Shown piece after piece: positions 36,938 to 46,481 of a stretch of DNA of 64,000 bases. Within the stretch, counting starts at the first letter, position 1. Every line of letters starts with the position of its first letter. This DNA comes from Candidatus Latescibacterota bacterium (GTDB taxonomy: Bacteria; JAAXHH01). Made by a program: the position numbers and the translations under genes. Location of the stretch: assembly GCA_022821085.1 (NCBI GenBank), contig JAJEEG010000006.1, forward strand, positions 268,405-332,404, written 5' to 3'. A model generated the notes under the pieces. It was given only the letters and a program-made list of their open reading frames with translations. It was not told the DNA's origin and made no database searches.

Positions 36938-37177
36938 ATGACCGCAATGTCCCGCGAGAACTGGGCCTTTGGCGCGCAGATCGTATCGGCCATCGGCATT
37001 CTCACAATCGCAGTCGTCACCTTCATCAATCAATCCAACAAGGAATTCCGGGATGAGATTAGGACCGAATTGGCCGGGTTGCGGACCGAACTCACCTCGA
37101 TTCGTTCCGAAATCCACGACATGAATACACGACTCGGTCGCGTCGAAGGCTACCTGCGCGTATCTGTAAACGAATAA
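36938..37177 (+). CDS. small N-terminal-TM protein with HDMNTRLGRVEG motif (paralog family)
   Basis: 79 aa. TM (IVSAIGILTIAVVTF). Helical repeats (EFRDEIRTELAGLRTELTSIRSEI). Confidence 0.65.
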   Translation: MTAMSRENWAFGAQIVSAIGILTIAVVTFINQSNKEFRDEIRTELAGLRTELTSIRSEIHDMNTRLGRVEGYLRVSVNE

Positions 37178-37449
37178 AAACAGTCCATAAATATCACCGT
37201 ATAAGGAAGTTTGGCGTCGAATATCTGGATATGGGAAATTTACGTATGATTATAAATTGACATTCCAAATAATATTCATAATTACTGTATGTGTTGTCCT
37301 TCCTGCGACCTGGGCAGATCCATTCCAGTCGAGCGGTACACCTTTGAAGGACCTGGCCGATCTGGATCTGACCGGCCACGGAAAGCTGTCCCCTTTAATC
37401 TGGTTTCAAAAGTGGCGCCGTATCGATATGACGAAGTGAAGGGAGCGAC

Positions 37450-37815
37450 ATGTCAAGTAACCTGCAAATGATGACCCGTAACCTGCTGCCGTTCCGGCTA
37501 GCGATGATTGTCGCGATGGGACTGCTTGTGGCCTGTGGGGGAGACGATAGTCCCGTGGCGCCGGCGCCTGATCCAGATCCACCGGAGGCGACGCCAACGC
37601 CGCCGCCATCAGGACGGGCCTGCACCGTCGGACTTGAACTGGGTGCCGGTCAGAGTTGCACGTTCGGCGGAGTTAAGTTCGAAGTCAGGGACGACGGATT
37701 CGGGTGTGCGTTCGGCGGCAGCATCTGCGCGGGTTCGGGAGTGTCGCTGAACAACTTCAGCGCCAAAAAGGTTTCAGACAACCCGGTGCGTTGGAGAATC
37801 GAAGCGCTGCCATAG
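37450..37815 (+). CDS. hypothetical small lipoprotein (Cys/Gly-rich)
   Basis: Signal peptide plus lipobox LLVACGGD, a Pro-rich linker and four further Cys residues. Confidence 0.45.
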   Translation: MSSNLQMMTRNLLPFRLAMIVAMGLLVACGGDDSPVAPAPDPDPPEATPTPPPSGRACTVGLELGAGQSCTFGGVKFEVRDDGFGCAFGGSICAGSGVSLNNFSAKKVSDNPVRWRIEALP

Positions 37816-37916
37816 AAACCGTGCGTGCCGAATCCCGTCACGGGCGAGTAGATTTGATCCATCCTGAATCGATGTGGCTGCTGGTCCATTGGCTCATAAT
37901 GGGAGGTTTCCGGGAT

Positions 37917-38261
37917 ATGGCAATTCAGTACTCGAGTCGTTTCCTGCATTTCATACTGGCATTGGGTTTGACGATCGGTCTGGCAGCCTGTGGGAACGGC
38001 GTGGGATCGTCGTCATGGAATTGCGAAGTGTCCTTGCGGTTGGATTCTGTGTCCGGGGCGGGTAGCGGTAGCGGCGGCAGCCGTGACGAAGCGTTGCGGA
38101 CCGCGCTGGAGACCGCCTGCTCGAAACTGAATCTCGATCAGGACGAGCTTACCCGATGTAAGCAAAACATGGACTTCGGCGTAACGCGAACGTTCGGTAA
38201 CATCACCGTCGTGACGCCCGCGGAGAGAAGTATCAGTTGCAGTTCATCTTCATCATTCTGA
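37917..38261 (+). CDS. hypothetical small lipoprotein
   Basis: ATG at 37917 is preceded by gggagg. Lipobox GLAACGNG. Ser/Gly-rich, with four Cys residues. Confidence 0.45.
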   Translation: MAIQYSSRFLHFILALGLTIGLAACGNGVGSSSWNCEVSLRLDSVSGAGSGSGGSRDEALRTALETACSKLNLDQDELTRCKQNMDFGVTRTFGNITVVTPAERSISCSSSSSF

Positions 38262-38387
38262 GGACGCGGTCGCGGCCATGCCGTGAAGTCCTGGATGGAA
38301 ATCCACCCGGCAATCGTTCATCTGGTCGACACCCACCATGGAAAGTCCGACCCCATTTGCTCCGCCGGCCCAGCCTCCTGCTTCTCC

Positions 38388-38485
38388 CTAACTAAAAAAA
38401 CCACGAGTATCGCCTGGTGATCTCCGACTAAACACTTTAGAGGTCGGTTGTTCATGCTTTACCGCTATCACCAGGAGGTCGGAAG
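38388..38485 (+). promoter_or_regulatory. conserved structured leader, copy 2
   Basis: Same nested inverted repeats as 36841-36937, located immediately upstream of the 38486 start. Confidence 0.5.
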
Positions 38486-38737
38486 ATGACCGGAATGTCC
38501 CGCGAAAACTGGACCTTTGGCGCGCAGATCGTGTCGGCCATAGGCATCCTCGTAATCGCAGTCGTCACTTTCATCAATTCATCCAACAAGGAATTCCGGG
38601 ATGAGGTTCGGGCCGAGTTGACCGGATTGCGGACGGAAATGCAATCCGAATTCGCCTCCATACGTTCAGAGATGCACGATATGAACACGCGCCTCGGTCG
38701 CGTCGAAGGATACCTGCGTGTGTCCGTAAACGAATAG
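38486..38737 (+). CDS. small N-terminal-TM protein with HDMNTRLGRVEG motif (paralog family)
   Basis: 83 aa, about 85% identical to 36938..37177. Confidence 0.65.
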   Translation: MTGMSRENWTFGAQIVSAIGILVIAVVTFINSSNKEFRDEVRAELTGLRTEMQSEFASIRSEMHDMNTRLGRVEGYLRVSVNE

Positions 38738-38825
38738 AATGATCGCTGCTGTCGGTACTGCCTGAATGACGGAATGCATGCTGGTATGTGAATGAAGAAC
38801 AGTCAGAAAAGCTGAGGTCTAAATA

Positions 38826-39089
38826 ATGAGCGAACACAGCAAGAGAGATTGGTCATGGTCTCCGGTTATTACCATGGCCGGAATGCATATCATGATGACG
38901 GGTATCATCGTTACGATAATGCTCTTCTTAAATGGTGATCTTAGTAACAGGATGCTATCGGTAGAAGAGAAATTGAGAGACTTGATCGAGGTTGTATCGG
39001 GCATGCAGACCGAAATCGGTGCAATTAAACAGGAAGTGGATGTAATTAAACAGGAAGTGGATGAAATTAAACGGGAAGTGTCCAAATAG
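38826..39089 (+). CDS. small N-terminal-TM protein with heptad/11-mer repeats (divergent member of the family)
   Basis: 87 aa. TM (MTGIIVTIMLFL). C-terminal repeats IKQEVDVIKQEVDEIKREV. Confidence 0.5.
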   Translation: MSEHSKRDWSWSPVITMAGMHIMMTGIIVTIMLFLNGDLSNRMLSVEEKLRDLIEVVSGMQTEIGAIKQEVDVIKQEVDEIKREVSK

Positions 39090-39114
39090 AAATCAGTCAG
39101 GGAGAAATCGTTCC

Positions 39115-39519
39115 ATGGAAATCGCTCAACTGATCGTATCCCCGGCCATCTTGTTGGGAGCGTTCATTTTCTTCTGGAAAGAATCCAAGGCGGGTCGCAT
39201 GGAACTCGAGACCCGGCTGGTACAGCGCATGGATCGCATGGAGGACAGGCTGGAAGCGCGTTTTGTCGAGTCGGAAGCGCGCTTTGTCGCGCTGGAGGAC
39301 AAGATGGATAGACGCTTTATCGCGACTGATGCGCGCATTGTTGCGCTGGAAAACAAGATGGATAAACGCTTTGTCTCGTTGGAGGACAAGATGGATAAGC
39401 GCTTTGTCGCTCTGGAGGACAAGATGAACGAACGCATCGTCTCACTGGAGGACAAGATGGACGTTCGGGTTGGCCGACTGGAAGGGGTGCTGATTACTAC
39501 GCAGCAGAAGGCGTCTTGA
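39115..39519 (+). CDS. small N-terminal-TM protein with 11-residue repeats (ALEDKMDKRFV x6) and VGRLEGV tail
   Basis: ATG at 39115 is preceded by agggag. TM (IVSPAILLGAFIFFW). Repeats encoded by 33-bp DNA periodicity. Confidence 0.6.
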   Translation: MEIAQLIVSPAILLGAFIFFWKESKAGRMELETRLVQRMDRMEDRLEARFVESEARFVALEDKMDRRFIATDARIVALENKMDKRFVSLEDKMDKRFVALEDKMNERIVSLEDKMDVRVGRLEGVLITTQQKAS

Positions 39520-39527
39520 TTAACGTG

Positions 39528-41957
39528 CTACGGTCCGGAACAGAATTGCACACCGGAACTACTTCGTATACCGCTGATCCACGCCCGGAAATCCGCGGTC
39601 GGGGGTACACACAGGCCGGTGTTTTGCAGCGTCAGATCCTGCATGAACTCGAGCCCGGAAAACGAATCCGGCAATGGTCCGGATAGTCCGGGATTATCGG
39701 CGAGCCAGAGTAACCTGAGGCCGGTGAGTTGTCCCAGTTCGTCCGGGATCGTTCCGGTCAGCCGGTTATCGTCGAAGGTCAGCGACAACAGGTTGTTGAG
39801 TTTACCAAATTCCGGTGGGATTGTCCCGGACAGCCGGTTGTCCTTGAACCAGAGCTCCCTCAAGTTCGAAAGCTGTGCCAGTTCCGGCGGGATGTTCCCG
39901 GTCAGTTCGTTCCGGTCGAAATATAGCAATTCGAGCTTGGATAGCTGTCCCAGTTCCGGCGGAATGTTCCCGGTCAATATGTTCCGATTGAAATCCAGGA
40001 AGGTGAGCTCGGAGAGTTGAGCCAATTCCGGTGGTATGGGTCCCGTCAATCGATTTTTGGCAAGCGACAGATGGGTGAGTGCGGTGAGTTGGGCCAATTC
40101 CAACGGGATATCCCCCGTCAGCCTGTTGCTGCTGAGCCCCAGATGAGTAAGGTCAACGAGTTGCCCCAATTCCGGCGGAATGATTCCCGTCAGGTTGTTG
40201 CCTGTAAGCGTCAGGCGTTCAAGGGCGGTCAATTGTCCCAGTTCCGGCGGGATGTTCCCCGTCAACTCGTTTCCGGCAAGAGCAAGGACTGTCAGGTTCA
40301 CCAACTGCCCGATCTCCGGTGGAATATCTCCCGACAACTGGCTGTTGAGTATACTCAGCCAGGTAAGGTTGGTCAGTTGCCCGATTTCCGGCGGAATGTT
40401 CCCCGTCAGATCGGTGCTGTCGAGACTCAGAGTACCCAATTGGGTCAGTTGCCCCAGTTCCGGCGGGATCCCGCCCGTCAACCCGTTGCCGGACTGCCCC
40501 AGCCAGATGAGGTTGGCGAGCAGCCCGAATTCCGGTGGCAGGTTACCCGTCAGATCGTTGTACCTGAGGTCCAGCACGGCAAGCGAGGCGAGATAGCACA
40601 GTTCAGCGGGAAGGGGGCCCTGGAGATTGTTGCGCGGCAGTTGCAGGCGCACCACCTCTCCGGATGGAGTTGCGATGACGCCATGCCAGTCGCTAAGAGG
40701 TGCATCGCTTAACCAGTTGTCGTTGTTGGTCCATTCGTCCCCGTTCGTGCTGCGGTACAGGATCGCCAGGGCCTCGCGGTCCGGAACCGCTTCCTTCACA
40801 GTGACGGTCGCCACGGAAGTGGTCTCGCCTGAACGGGCGGTGATCTCCACGGTGCCGCCCGCAACGGCGGTCACCAGGCCCTGTTCATCGACCGTTGCGA
40901 TCGTTTCGTCACTGCTTGCCCAGGTCACGTCCGCGCCGTCTATCCTGTGCCCCATATGATCGAGTACCGTGGCCGTGAGCTGTGCCGTATCGCCGGCCGC
41001 CGCCAGGATCGTTTCCACCGGATCGACTACGATGCTGGCGGGCGACTGCATGACGGTAACGTCGCTGCTTACCGTTAGATCGCCTGAGGTGGCCGTGATG
41101 GTTGCGGCGCCGTTGGCCACCGCGGTCACGAGACCGTCAGTGCTCACCGTCGCCACGGAAGCGTCGCTGCTTTGCCAGGTCACGCCGGCCCCTTCGATGG
41201 CCCGGTTATTCGGATCGACCACCATTGCGATGAATTGGACGGTTTCGCCAAAGGCCGTGAGGGTGGCCTCAGGCGGATCGATCACGATACCGGTGGGCGT
41301 CTGCATGACCCTGACGGTGACGCCTTGCTCGGTACTGCCCGACCGGGCGGTTATCCTGGTTGTGCCGTTGCCTGTCGAGGTAACCAGTCCGGTAGTGCTC
41401 ACGCGTGCCACTTCCGTATCGCTGCTCCGCCAGGTCACGTTGGCCCCTTCGATCGTCTGCCCGTTGCGGTCCTGTACTGTTGCGGTGAGCTGCACCGTCT
41501 CCCCGATGGCCGTCAAGGTGGCCTCCGTGGGTTCGATGGTGATCCTGCCGGCGGTCTGTACCACTTTTATTTCAACATCTCGCGATACGCCGCCGGACCT
41601 CGCCGTAATGCGGATTATCCCGTACGCGACCGCCGTCGCCAGGCCGCCCGAACTGACCGACACGATCCTGGGGTCCGCACTGGTCCAGGTTACGGAAGCG
41701 CCTGTCATTACAGCGTTATTCTGATCGAAGACCTGGGCCGTCAGTTGGACCGTCTGGCCGATCGCGTTCAGCGTCGCCGAGGCCGGCGTGATGGTAATGC
41801 GGGTCGCAACCGGAGTCGGCGGCGGGGGCGGGGGCTGCGTCGGGGCCGGTGGCGACGGCGCGGGAGCGGTGGCGCTGTCCTTTCCGCAAGCGGCGATCAG
41901 CGCAATCAGCGTGCCGAATGCGAGCGCGGTAAAGGTATTCAACAGGATTCGTGACAC
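39528..41957 (-). CDS. Big_2 + LRR surface lipoprotein (paralog family)
   Basis: Lipobox LIAACGKDS and a Pro-rich linker. Five Big_2 domains (VATRITI...). About 12 LRRs. C-cap GLCVPPTADFRAWISGI...C. Confidence 0.8.
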   Translation of the reverse strand: MSRILLNTFTALAFGTLIALIAACGKDSATAPAPSPPAPTQPPPPPPTPVATRITITPASATLNAIGQTVQLTAQVFDQNNAVMTGASVTWTSADPRIVSVSSGGLATAVAYGIIRITARSGGVSRDVEIKVVQTAGRITIEPTEATLTAIGETVQLTATVQDRNGQTIEGANVTWRSSDTEVARVSTTGLVTSTGNGTTRITARSGSTEQGVTVRVMQTPTGIVIDPPEATLTAFGETVQFIAMVVDPNNRAIEGAGVTWQSSDASVATVSTDGLVTAVANGAATITATSGDLTVSSDVTVMQSPASIVVDPVETILAAAGDTAQLTATVLDHMGHRIDGADVTWASSDETIATVDEQGLVTAVAGGTVEITARSGETTSVATVTVKEAVPDREALAILYRSTNGDEWTNNDNWLSDAPLSDWHGVIATPSGEVVRLQLPRNNLQGPLPAELCYLASLAVLDLRYNDLTGNLPPEFGLLANLIWLGQSGNGLTGGIPPELGQLTQLGTLSLDSTDLTGNIPPEIGQLTNLTWLSILNSQLSGDIPPEIGQLVNLTVLALAGNELTGNIPPELGQLTALERLTLTGNNLTGIIPPELGQLVDLTHLGLSSNRLTGDIPLELAQLTALTHLSLAKNRLTGPIPPELAQLSELTFLDFNRNILTGNIPPELGQLSKLELLYFDRNELTGNIPPELAQLSNLRELWFKDNRLSGTIPPEFGKLNNLLSLTFDDNRLTGTIPDELGQLTGLRLLWLADNPGLSGPLPDSFSGLEFMQDLTLQNTGLCVPPTADFRAWISGIRSSSGVQFCSGP

Positions 41958-42079
41958 AGCCTATTCCTAACTTTTTTCGTGAAATCCCGGGGGATTGGGA
42001 AACATCAGCGTCAGGCGAACGCTAATGATGATGGGGTATTTCGATGATGGCAACCGGTTTTTTGTATGGCCGCCCGGAC

Positions 42080-42508
42080 TCACTCGGCCCGCACCACCAG
42101 CGTCCGCGCGATCAGGTCGTGAAAGGCCTGTCTGCGCTGCGTGAAGACCGCGGCGAGGTATCCCGGCCAGAGGATGGGCAGGCACTTTGGAATGGCCCTC
42201 AGCGCGGCGCGGCCGAAGGTGGGCGTATATCCCTCGGCATCCACGACCCGGATGCCCAGGATCATCTTGCCGATGGTAGCGCCCCTGGTCGAGCTCTCCA
42301 TGACCGCGTAGTAGAACCAGGGCATGAGCAGCTGGAAGGCGCTCAGCAGCGGGACGGTTACCGGGTCAGAGCCGGCCAGGAATTCGGCGGACAGCGCAAT
42401 CACGGCGCCCGCGGCGGTGAGGATCGCCAGGTCGATGGCGAAGGCGCCGATCCGCTGCAGATGGCCGGCGTAGTCTTCGGACAGGGAGTAGCCGGAGATG
42501 AAGGTCAC
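42080..42508 (-). CDS. RDD family membrane protein
   Basis: Signature YAGHLQRIGAFAIDLAIL...R...D. GTG start at 42508 overlaps the stop of the upstream gene (GTGA). The longer 471-aa ORF in this frame overlaps the ManD-like gene and is not supported. Confidence 0.55.
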   Translation of the reverse strand: MTFISGYSLSEDYAGHLQRIGAFAIDLAILTAAGAVIALSAEFLAGSDPVTVPLLSAFQLLMPWFYYAVMESSTRGATIGKMILGIRVVDAEGYTPTFGRAALRAIPKCLPILWPGYLAAVFTQRRQAFHDLIARTLVVRAE

Positions 42509-43704
42509 GGCCGGGCGGGCCCTCCGTCGGGCGTCCGGGCCTGGGTCCAGTTGATGATTTCGTCCTCGTAGGGATAGCGGGCCGCCAGTTCCTCGTCCAC
42601 GTCGACGCCCAGTCCCGGGCGGTCGTTGGGATACATGTATCCGCCGCGCACTTCGGGGGTGCCGGGGAAGATCTCGTAGACCAGGTCGCCGAACCGGCAC
42701 CACTCCTGGATGCCGAAATTCGGCGCCCACAGGTCGAGGTGCAGGTTGGCGGCGTGTCCCACCGGCGAGACGTCGCCCGGACCGTGCCAGGCCGTGCGGA
42801 TGCCGTACATGGCCGCCATGGCCGCGACGTTGCGGGCCGGCGTGATGCCGCCCATCTGGCTGATGTGCATGCGCAGGAAGTCGATGAGCCGTCCCTCGAT
42901 CAGGGGCAGCCATTCCGCGGGGTTGTTGAAGAGTTCCCCCATGGCGATGGGCGTGGTGGAGGTATCCCGGATGCGGCGGAACCAGGCGTTGTCTTCGGGC
43001 GCCAGGACGTCTTCGAGGAAGAACAGATTGTAGGGTTCGAGCTGCTTCGCGAAGACGACGGCATCGGCGGGGTTGAGCCGCTCGTGGGTGTCGTGGAGCA
43101 GCTCCACCTCGTCGCCCACGGACGCGCGCAGGTGCTCGAACATCTGGACCGTGCGGCGCATGTAGCTCCGCGGGTCGAAATAGTCGCCGGATTTCGCGCC
43201 CTCGGGCGGCGTGACCCGCGGCTTCCGGCCCCCGTATCCGCCGATCTGGCAGCGGACGTGCCGGTAGTCCTGTTCCATGTACTTCCGGACAATTTCCGCC
43301 ACTTCCTCGGGCGATGCGCCGTCGGCGTGGACGTAGGTGTCCGCCGCCTCCCGGCACTTGCCGCCGAGGAGCTGGTACACGGGCATGCCGGCCTGCTTGC
43401 CCTTGATGTCCCACAGGGCCATGTCCATGCCGGAGATCGCATTGTTCAGGACCGGCCCGTTGCGCCAGTAGCCGTTCACCATGGCCGTCTGCCACAGGTC
43501 CTCGATATCGTCCGCGTCCTTGCCGATGAGGAAGGGTTTCAGGTGGTGTTCGATGGCCGCGTGGACGGCGTGGAACCGCTGGGTGAAGGTGGCGCAGCCC
43601 AGGCCGTACAGGCCGGGTTCGGAGGTCAGGATCTTGACGACGATCAGCCGCGACCCGGCGGGCTGGGTCAGGATGGTCTTCACGTCGGTGATGGTCACGG
43701 GCAT
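42505..43704 (-). CDS. enolase-superfamily dehydratase (D-mannonate dehydratase / RspA-like)
   Basis: MPVTITDVKTI...LYGLGCATF...GMDMALWDIKGK N-terminal capping-domain motifs. 399 aa. Confidence 0.85.
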   Translation of the reverse strand: MPVTITDVKTILTQPAGSRLIVVKILTSEPGLYGLGCATFTQRFHAVHAAIEHHLKPFLIGKDADDIEDLWQTAMVNGYWRNGPVLNNAISGMDMALWDIKGKQAGMPVYQLLGGKCREAADTYVHADGASPEEVAEIVRKYMEQDYRHVRCQIGGYGGRKPRVTPPEGAKSGDYFDPRSYMRRTVQMFEHLRASVGDEVELLHDTHERLNPADAVVFAKQLEPYNLFFLEDVLAPEDNAWFRRIRDTSTTPIAMGELFNNPAEWLPLIEGRLIDFLRMHISQMGGITPARNVAAMAAMYGIRTAWHGPGDVSPVGHAANLHLDLWAPNFGIQEWCRFGDLVYEIFPGTPEVRGGYMYPNDRPGLGVDVDEELAARYPYEDEIINWTQARTPDGGPARP

Positions 43705-43814
43705 GGGGTTGGCTTTCAGATCAGGATGCGTGGTTCACTTCGGCCGCGCGTCAGCGGCGCGCCGGCGGCGCCCGGGTCGCGCCGGCGGCGCCCGGGTCGC
43801 GCCTGGAACGCGCC

Positions 43815-46481
43815 CTAGAACGCGCCGCCGAAGAAGACGGCGTTCAGGAACAGGCCGTTCGTGCCGTACCAGAAGGCCCGGAAATTGGGGTTGTCCGCGA
43901 AGAGTATGACGGCGCCGCCACCCACTCGGCGGGCGATCAGCGCGGCCGTGCCCGCCAGTTCGCCGTGTCGCTTCGGCGAGACGTAGCCGCTCAGCAGCGG
44001 TGACGACGTGTATCGGGCTACCGTGGCGCCCGGAATCGCGGAGGGCTCGAAGAAGATCTCGTGGTTGCGGAAGAGCGGCGCCTGATCGCCGTAGCCGAAG
44101 GCCAGAGGGTGGGTGGTGTCCAGCTTCGCCGCGAATATGGCGCCGCCGATGCGCTGCGCGCCCCGCGTGGTCGGCACCTGCTCGTAGGTCAGTTCGGTCG
44201 TATCGGGCGGACTGGCCACGGTCTTTTCGTCGATCAGCTCCCTGGCGATCAGCCAACGGGCCGCGCTCTTCCAGGCGATGAGGATGCCGCCCTCGCGCAC
44301 CCACCTGTTGAGCCGGTTCACGTCTTCGGTATCCAGGTCGTAGCTGCCCATGGCCATGACCAGGACCGTATAGCGGTCCAGGTCCAGGTTCGAAAATCCG
44401 TCGGCGTCGACCAGGGAGACGGGAATGCCGAACCGCTCGTTCAGCAGATGCCAGGTTTCCCCGACCTCGTAGGCCCGGGTGCCTGGGCCCGAGAGCAGCG
44501 CGATCTCCGGCTTGACCAGCACCGGGGAGGTCGGACCGCCGAGATCGCCGCCCGAGGGCGTCAGGCCCGTGTCCGCGCCGTGCACGATTACGTGGTCTTC
44601 CGCCACGATCCGGTCGATCACCGCGCGTACCGCCTCGGGCGTCACCGTCGAGGCTGCGTCGCGCTGGGCGACGGGGATGATGATCGTGCCCCGGCCGAAG
44701 GTCCGTTCCGTGCCGCCCGTGGCCAGGGTAAAGGATTTTCTGGCCACCCGAGGCCGGAGACCCGCGTCCAGGATCCGGTAGAGCGCGCGCGGCGCATAGT
44801 AGCGGTTCCATTCCATCAGGTAGGCGTAGGACCCGTGGCCGCCAATGAGTTCGCCGCCGTCGAAAGCGGCCCCGGTGATCTCCGCACCGGCCAGGTCGTC
44901 GGAGTAACGGCGCAGTTCACCGCTCGTGACGCCCATGGCCAGGGGCAGCGTCCAGGCCGAGACGTCGTAGAAGAGGGAGTCCGTGAAGGTGGTGACGCGC
45001 TCCATCGAGGCCTTGATCAGCCGCGTCTGGGGCTGGTCCATGGGGATGACGACCGCCTCGCCGGCGCGGAAGGTCCGGCCATCGGAACCCGCGATGCGCC
45101 CGGCCCGCGAGCCTCGGCTGGTCGGCAAGGACCGCCCGCCCGCCTCCACGGTCCGCGCGAGTTCGTACACGCGGATGCGGTGGCGGAGCAGCATCTCCAC
45201 GAGGGCCTGCGTGCGCGTGCGGGATTCGGACAGGTCGAGGACGTAGGCCTTGACGGGGTTCTGCCGGGCGGCTTCAGGCGCCGAGGCGTAGAAGTCGCGC
45301 TGATTGGACAGCAGTTCGGTCCGAAGGGCCAGGCTGCCGGCCAGCGTCGACATGGAAGTGGCGAACTGGTTGCGGATCGTGAAGGGGAAGGTCAAGACCC
45401 CGTCGTTGGTCGTCCTTTCGAGCGACCGGGCCGAGGCCTGCTCGAAGAGGATGCCGATGGCGCCGTTCACGTCCGGAAAGGTGGACCCCTTGCCGTAGAA
45501 GAAGTCGTCGAAAGTCTCCCGGCTGTAGTACAGCGCACCGTGGCGGTCAAGCCACTCGGCGTGGTGCTCGGCCAGCGCCACCGTCAGTTCGAAGGTCCGC
45601 TGCGGCGTGTTCGGGTTGTTCCGGCTCGGGATCCCGGGCTGGAAGAAGTAGGTCGCGTTGCTGCCCATCTCGTGGAAATCGGTCAGCACCTGGGCGCGCC
45701 AGTGGTGGAACAGCGCTACCCGGCCCTGCGATTCGGGGTGCTGCGCCACGAGCCAGTCCCGGTTCAGGTCGAACCAGTAGTGGTTGGTCCGCCCGCCCGG
45801 CCACGGCTCCACGTGCTCCCGGTCCTGTCCGTCCCGCGTGGCGATGCGGCCCCGGTTGGCGTTGACCCAGTTGACGAAACGGTCCCGCCCGTCCGGGTTG
45901 TAATTGGGATCCATAATGATCACCGCGCGGTCCAGCAGGTCGTCCACGGCCGGTCCGCTGCCCGCGGCCAGGTGATAGAGCACCAGCATGGCCGCCTCGG
46001 AACTGCTGCCCTCGTTGCCGTGCACGCCGTAGCCCATGTGGACGACGACGGGCATGTCATCGATCATGGCGTCCGTCACCTCGCCGGGCGCGTCGGACAG
46101 CCGGTGGTTGGCCAGCCGGATCTCCTCCAGGCGCCCATGGTTGGCCGGCGACGTCACCACGGCGTGGAGCAGGCGGCGCCCCTCGTAGGAAGCGCCGTGG
46201 CGGTTCACCACGACGCGGTCCGAGGCCTCGGCCACCGCCCGGTAGTAGTCGGCCACCAGGTGGGACCGCGTGTGCGTGTCGCCCACCACGTGGCCGATGA
46301 CCGATTCGGGGCGGGGAACGGCCGGGTCGTAGGACTCGACGCCGGGCACGCGGACCTCCATGGCGAAAGGGAGGTCCTGGGCGCGGGCGCTGCCTGGGAA
46401 AAGGATCAGGACGCAGAGCAGGCCGGTGGCGATGGGGAAGGGCGCGGCGAGGAGCGAGGACAGCGAAACGACTCGGGACAT
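43815..46481 (-). CDS. M14-family zinc carboxypeptidase (large, secreted)
   Basis: Signal peptide. HGNE zinc motif within MGYGVHGNEGSSSEAA. Long C-terminal extension. Confidence 0.75.
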   Translation of the reverse strand: MSRVVSLSSLLAAPFPIATGLLCVLILFPGSARAQDLPFAMEVRVPGVESYDPAVPRPESVIGHVVGDTHTRSHLVADYYRAVAEASDRVVVNRHGASYEGRRLLHAVVTSPANHGRLEEIRLANHRLSDAPGEVTDAMIDDMPVVVHMGYGVHGNEGSSSEAAMLVLYHLAAGSGPAVDDLLDRAVIIMDPNYNPDGRDRFVNWVNANRGRIATRDGQDREHVEPWPGGRTNHYWFDLNRDWLVAQHPESQGRVALFHHWRAQVLTDFHEMGSNATYFFQPGIPSRNNPNTPQRTFELTVALAEHHAEWLDRHGALYYSRETFDDFFYGKGSTFPDVNGAIGILFEQASARSLERTTNDGVLTFPFTIRNQFATSMSTLAGSLALRTELLSNQRDFYASAPEAARQNPVKAYVLDLSESRTRTQALVEMLLRHRIRVYELARTVEAGGRSLPTSRGSRAGRIAGSDGRTFRAGEAVVIPMDQPQTRLIKASMERVTTFTDSLFYDVSAWTLPLAMGVTSGELRRYSDDLAGAEITGAAFDGGELIGGHGSYAYLMEWNRYYAPRALYRILDAGLRPRVARKSFTLATGGTERTFGRGTIIIPVAQRDAASTVTPEAVRAVIDRIVAEDHVIVHGADTGLTPSGGDLGGPTSPVLVKPEIALLSGPGTRAYEVGETWHLLNERFGIPVSLVDADGFSNLDLDRYTVLVMAMGSYDLDTEDVNRLNRWVREGGILIAWKSAARWLIARELIDEKTVASPPDTTELTYEQVPTTRGAQRIGGAIFAAKLDTTHPLAFGYGDQAPLFRNHEIFFEPSAIPGATVARYTSSPLLSGYVSPKRHGELAGTAALIARRVGGGAVILFADNPNFRAFWYGTNGLFLNAVFFGGAF

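Noticed and set aside
9811-41957. Diversity-generating retroelement or invertase-driven phase variation of the LRR / collagen surface genes
   Set aside because: No reverse transcriptase, template-repeat/variable-repeat pair, recombinase or flanking inverted repeats could be found in the window. Variation appears limited to in-frame tandem-repeat copy number.
42080-43495. 471-aa minus-strand ORF (track) that would fuse an RDD domain to a long N-terminal region
   Set aside because: Most of it overlaps the ManD-like gene in another frame. Only the C-terminal ~143 aa (RDD signature) with a GTG start at 42508 is credible.
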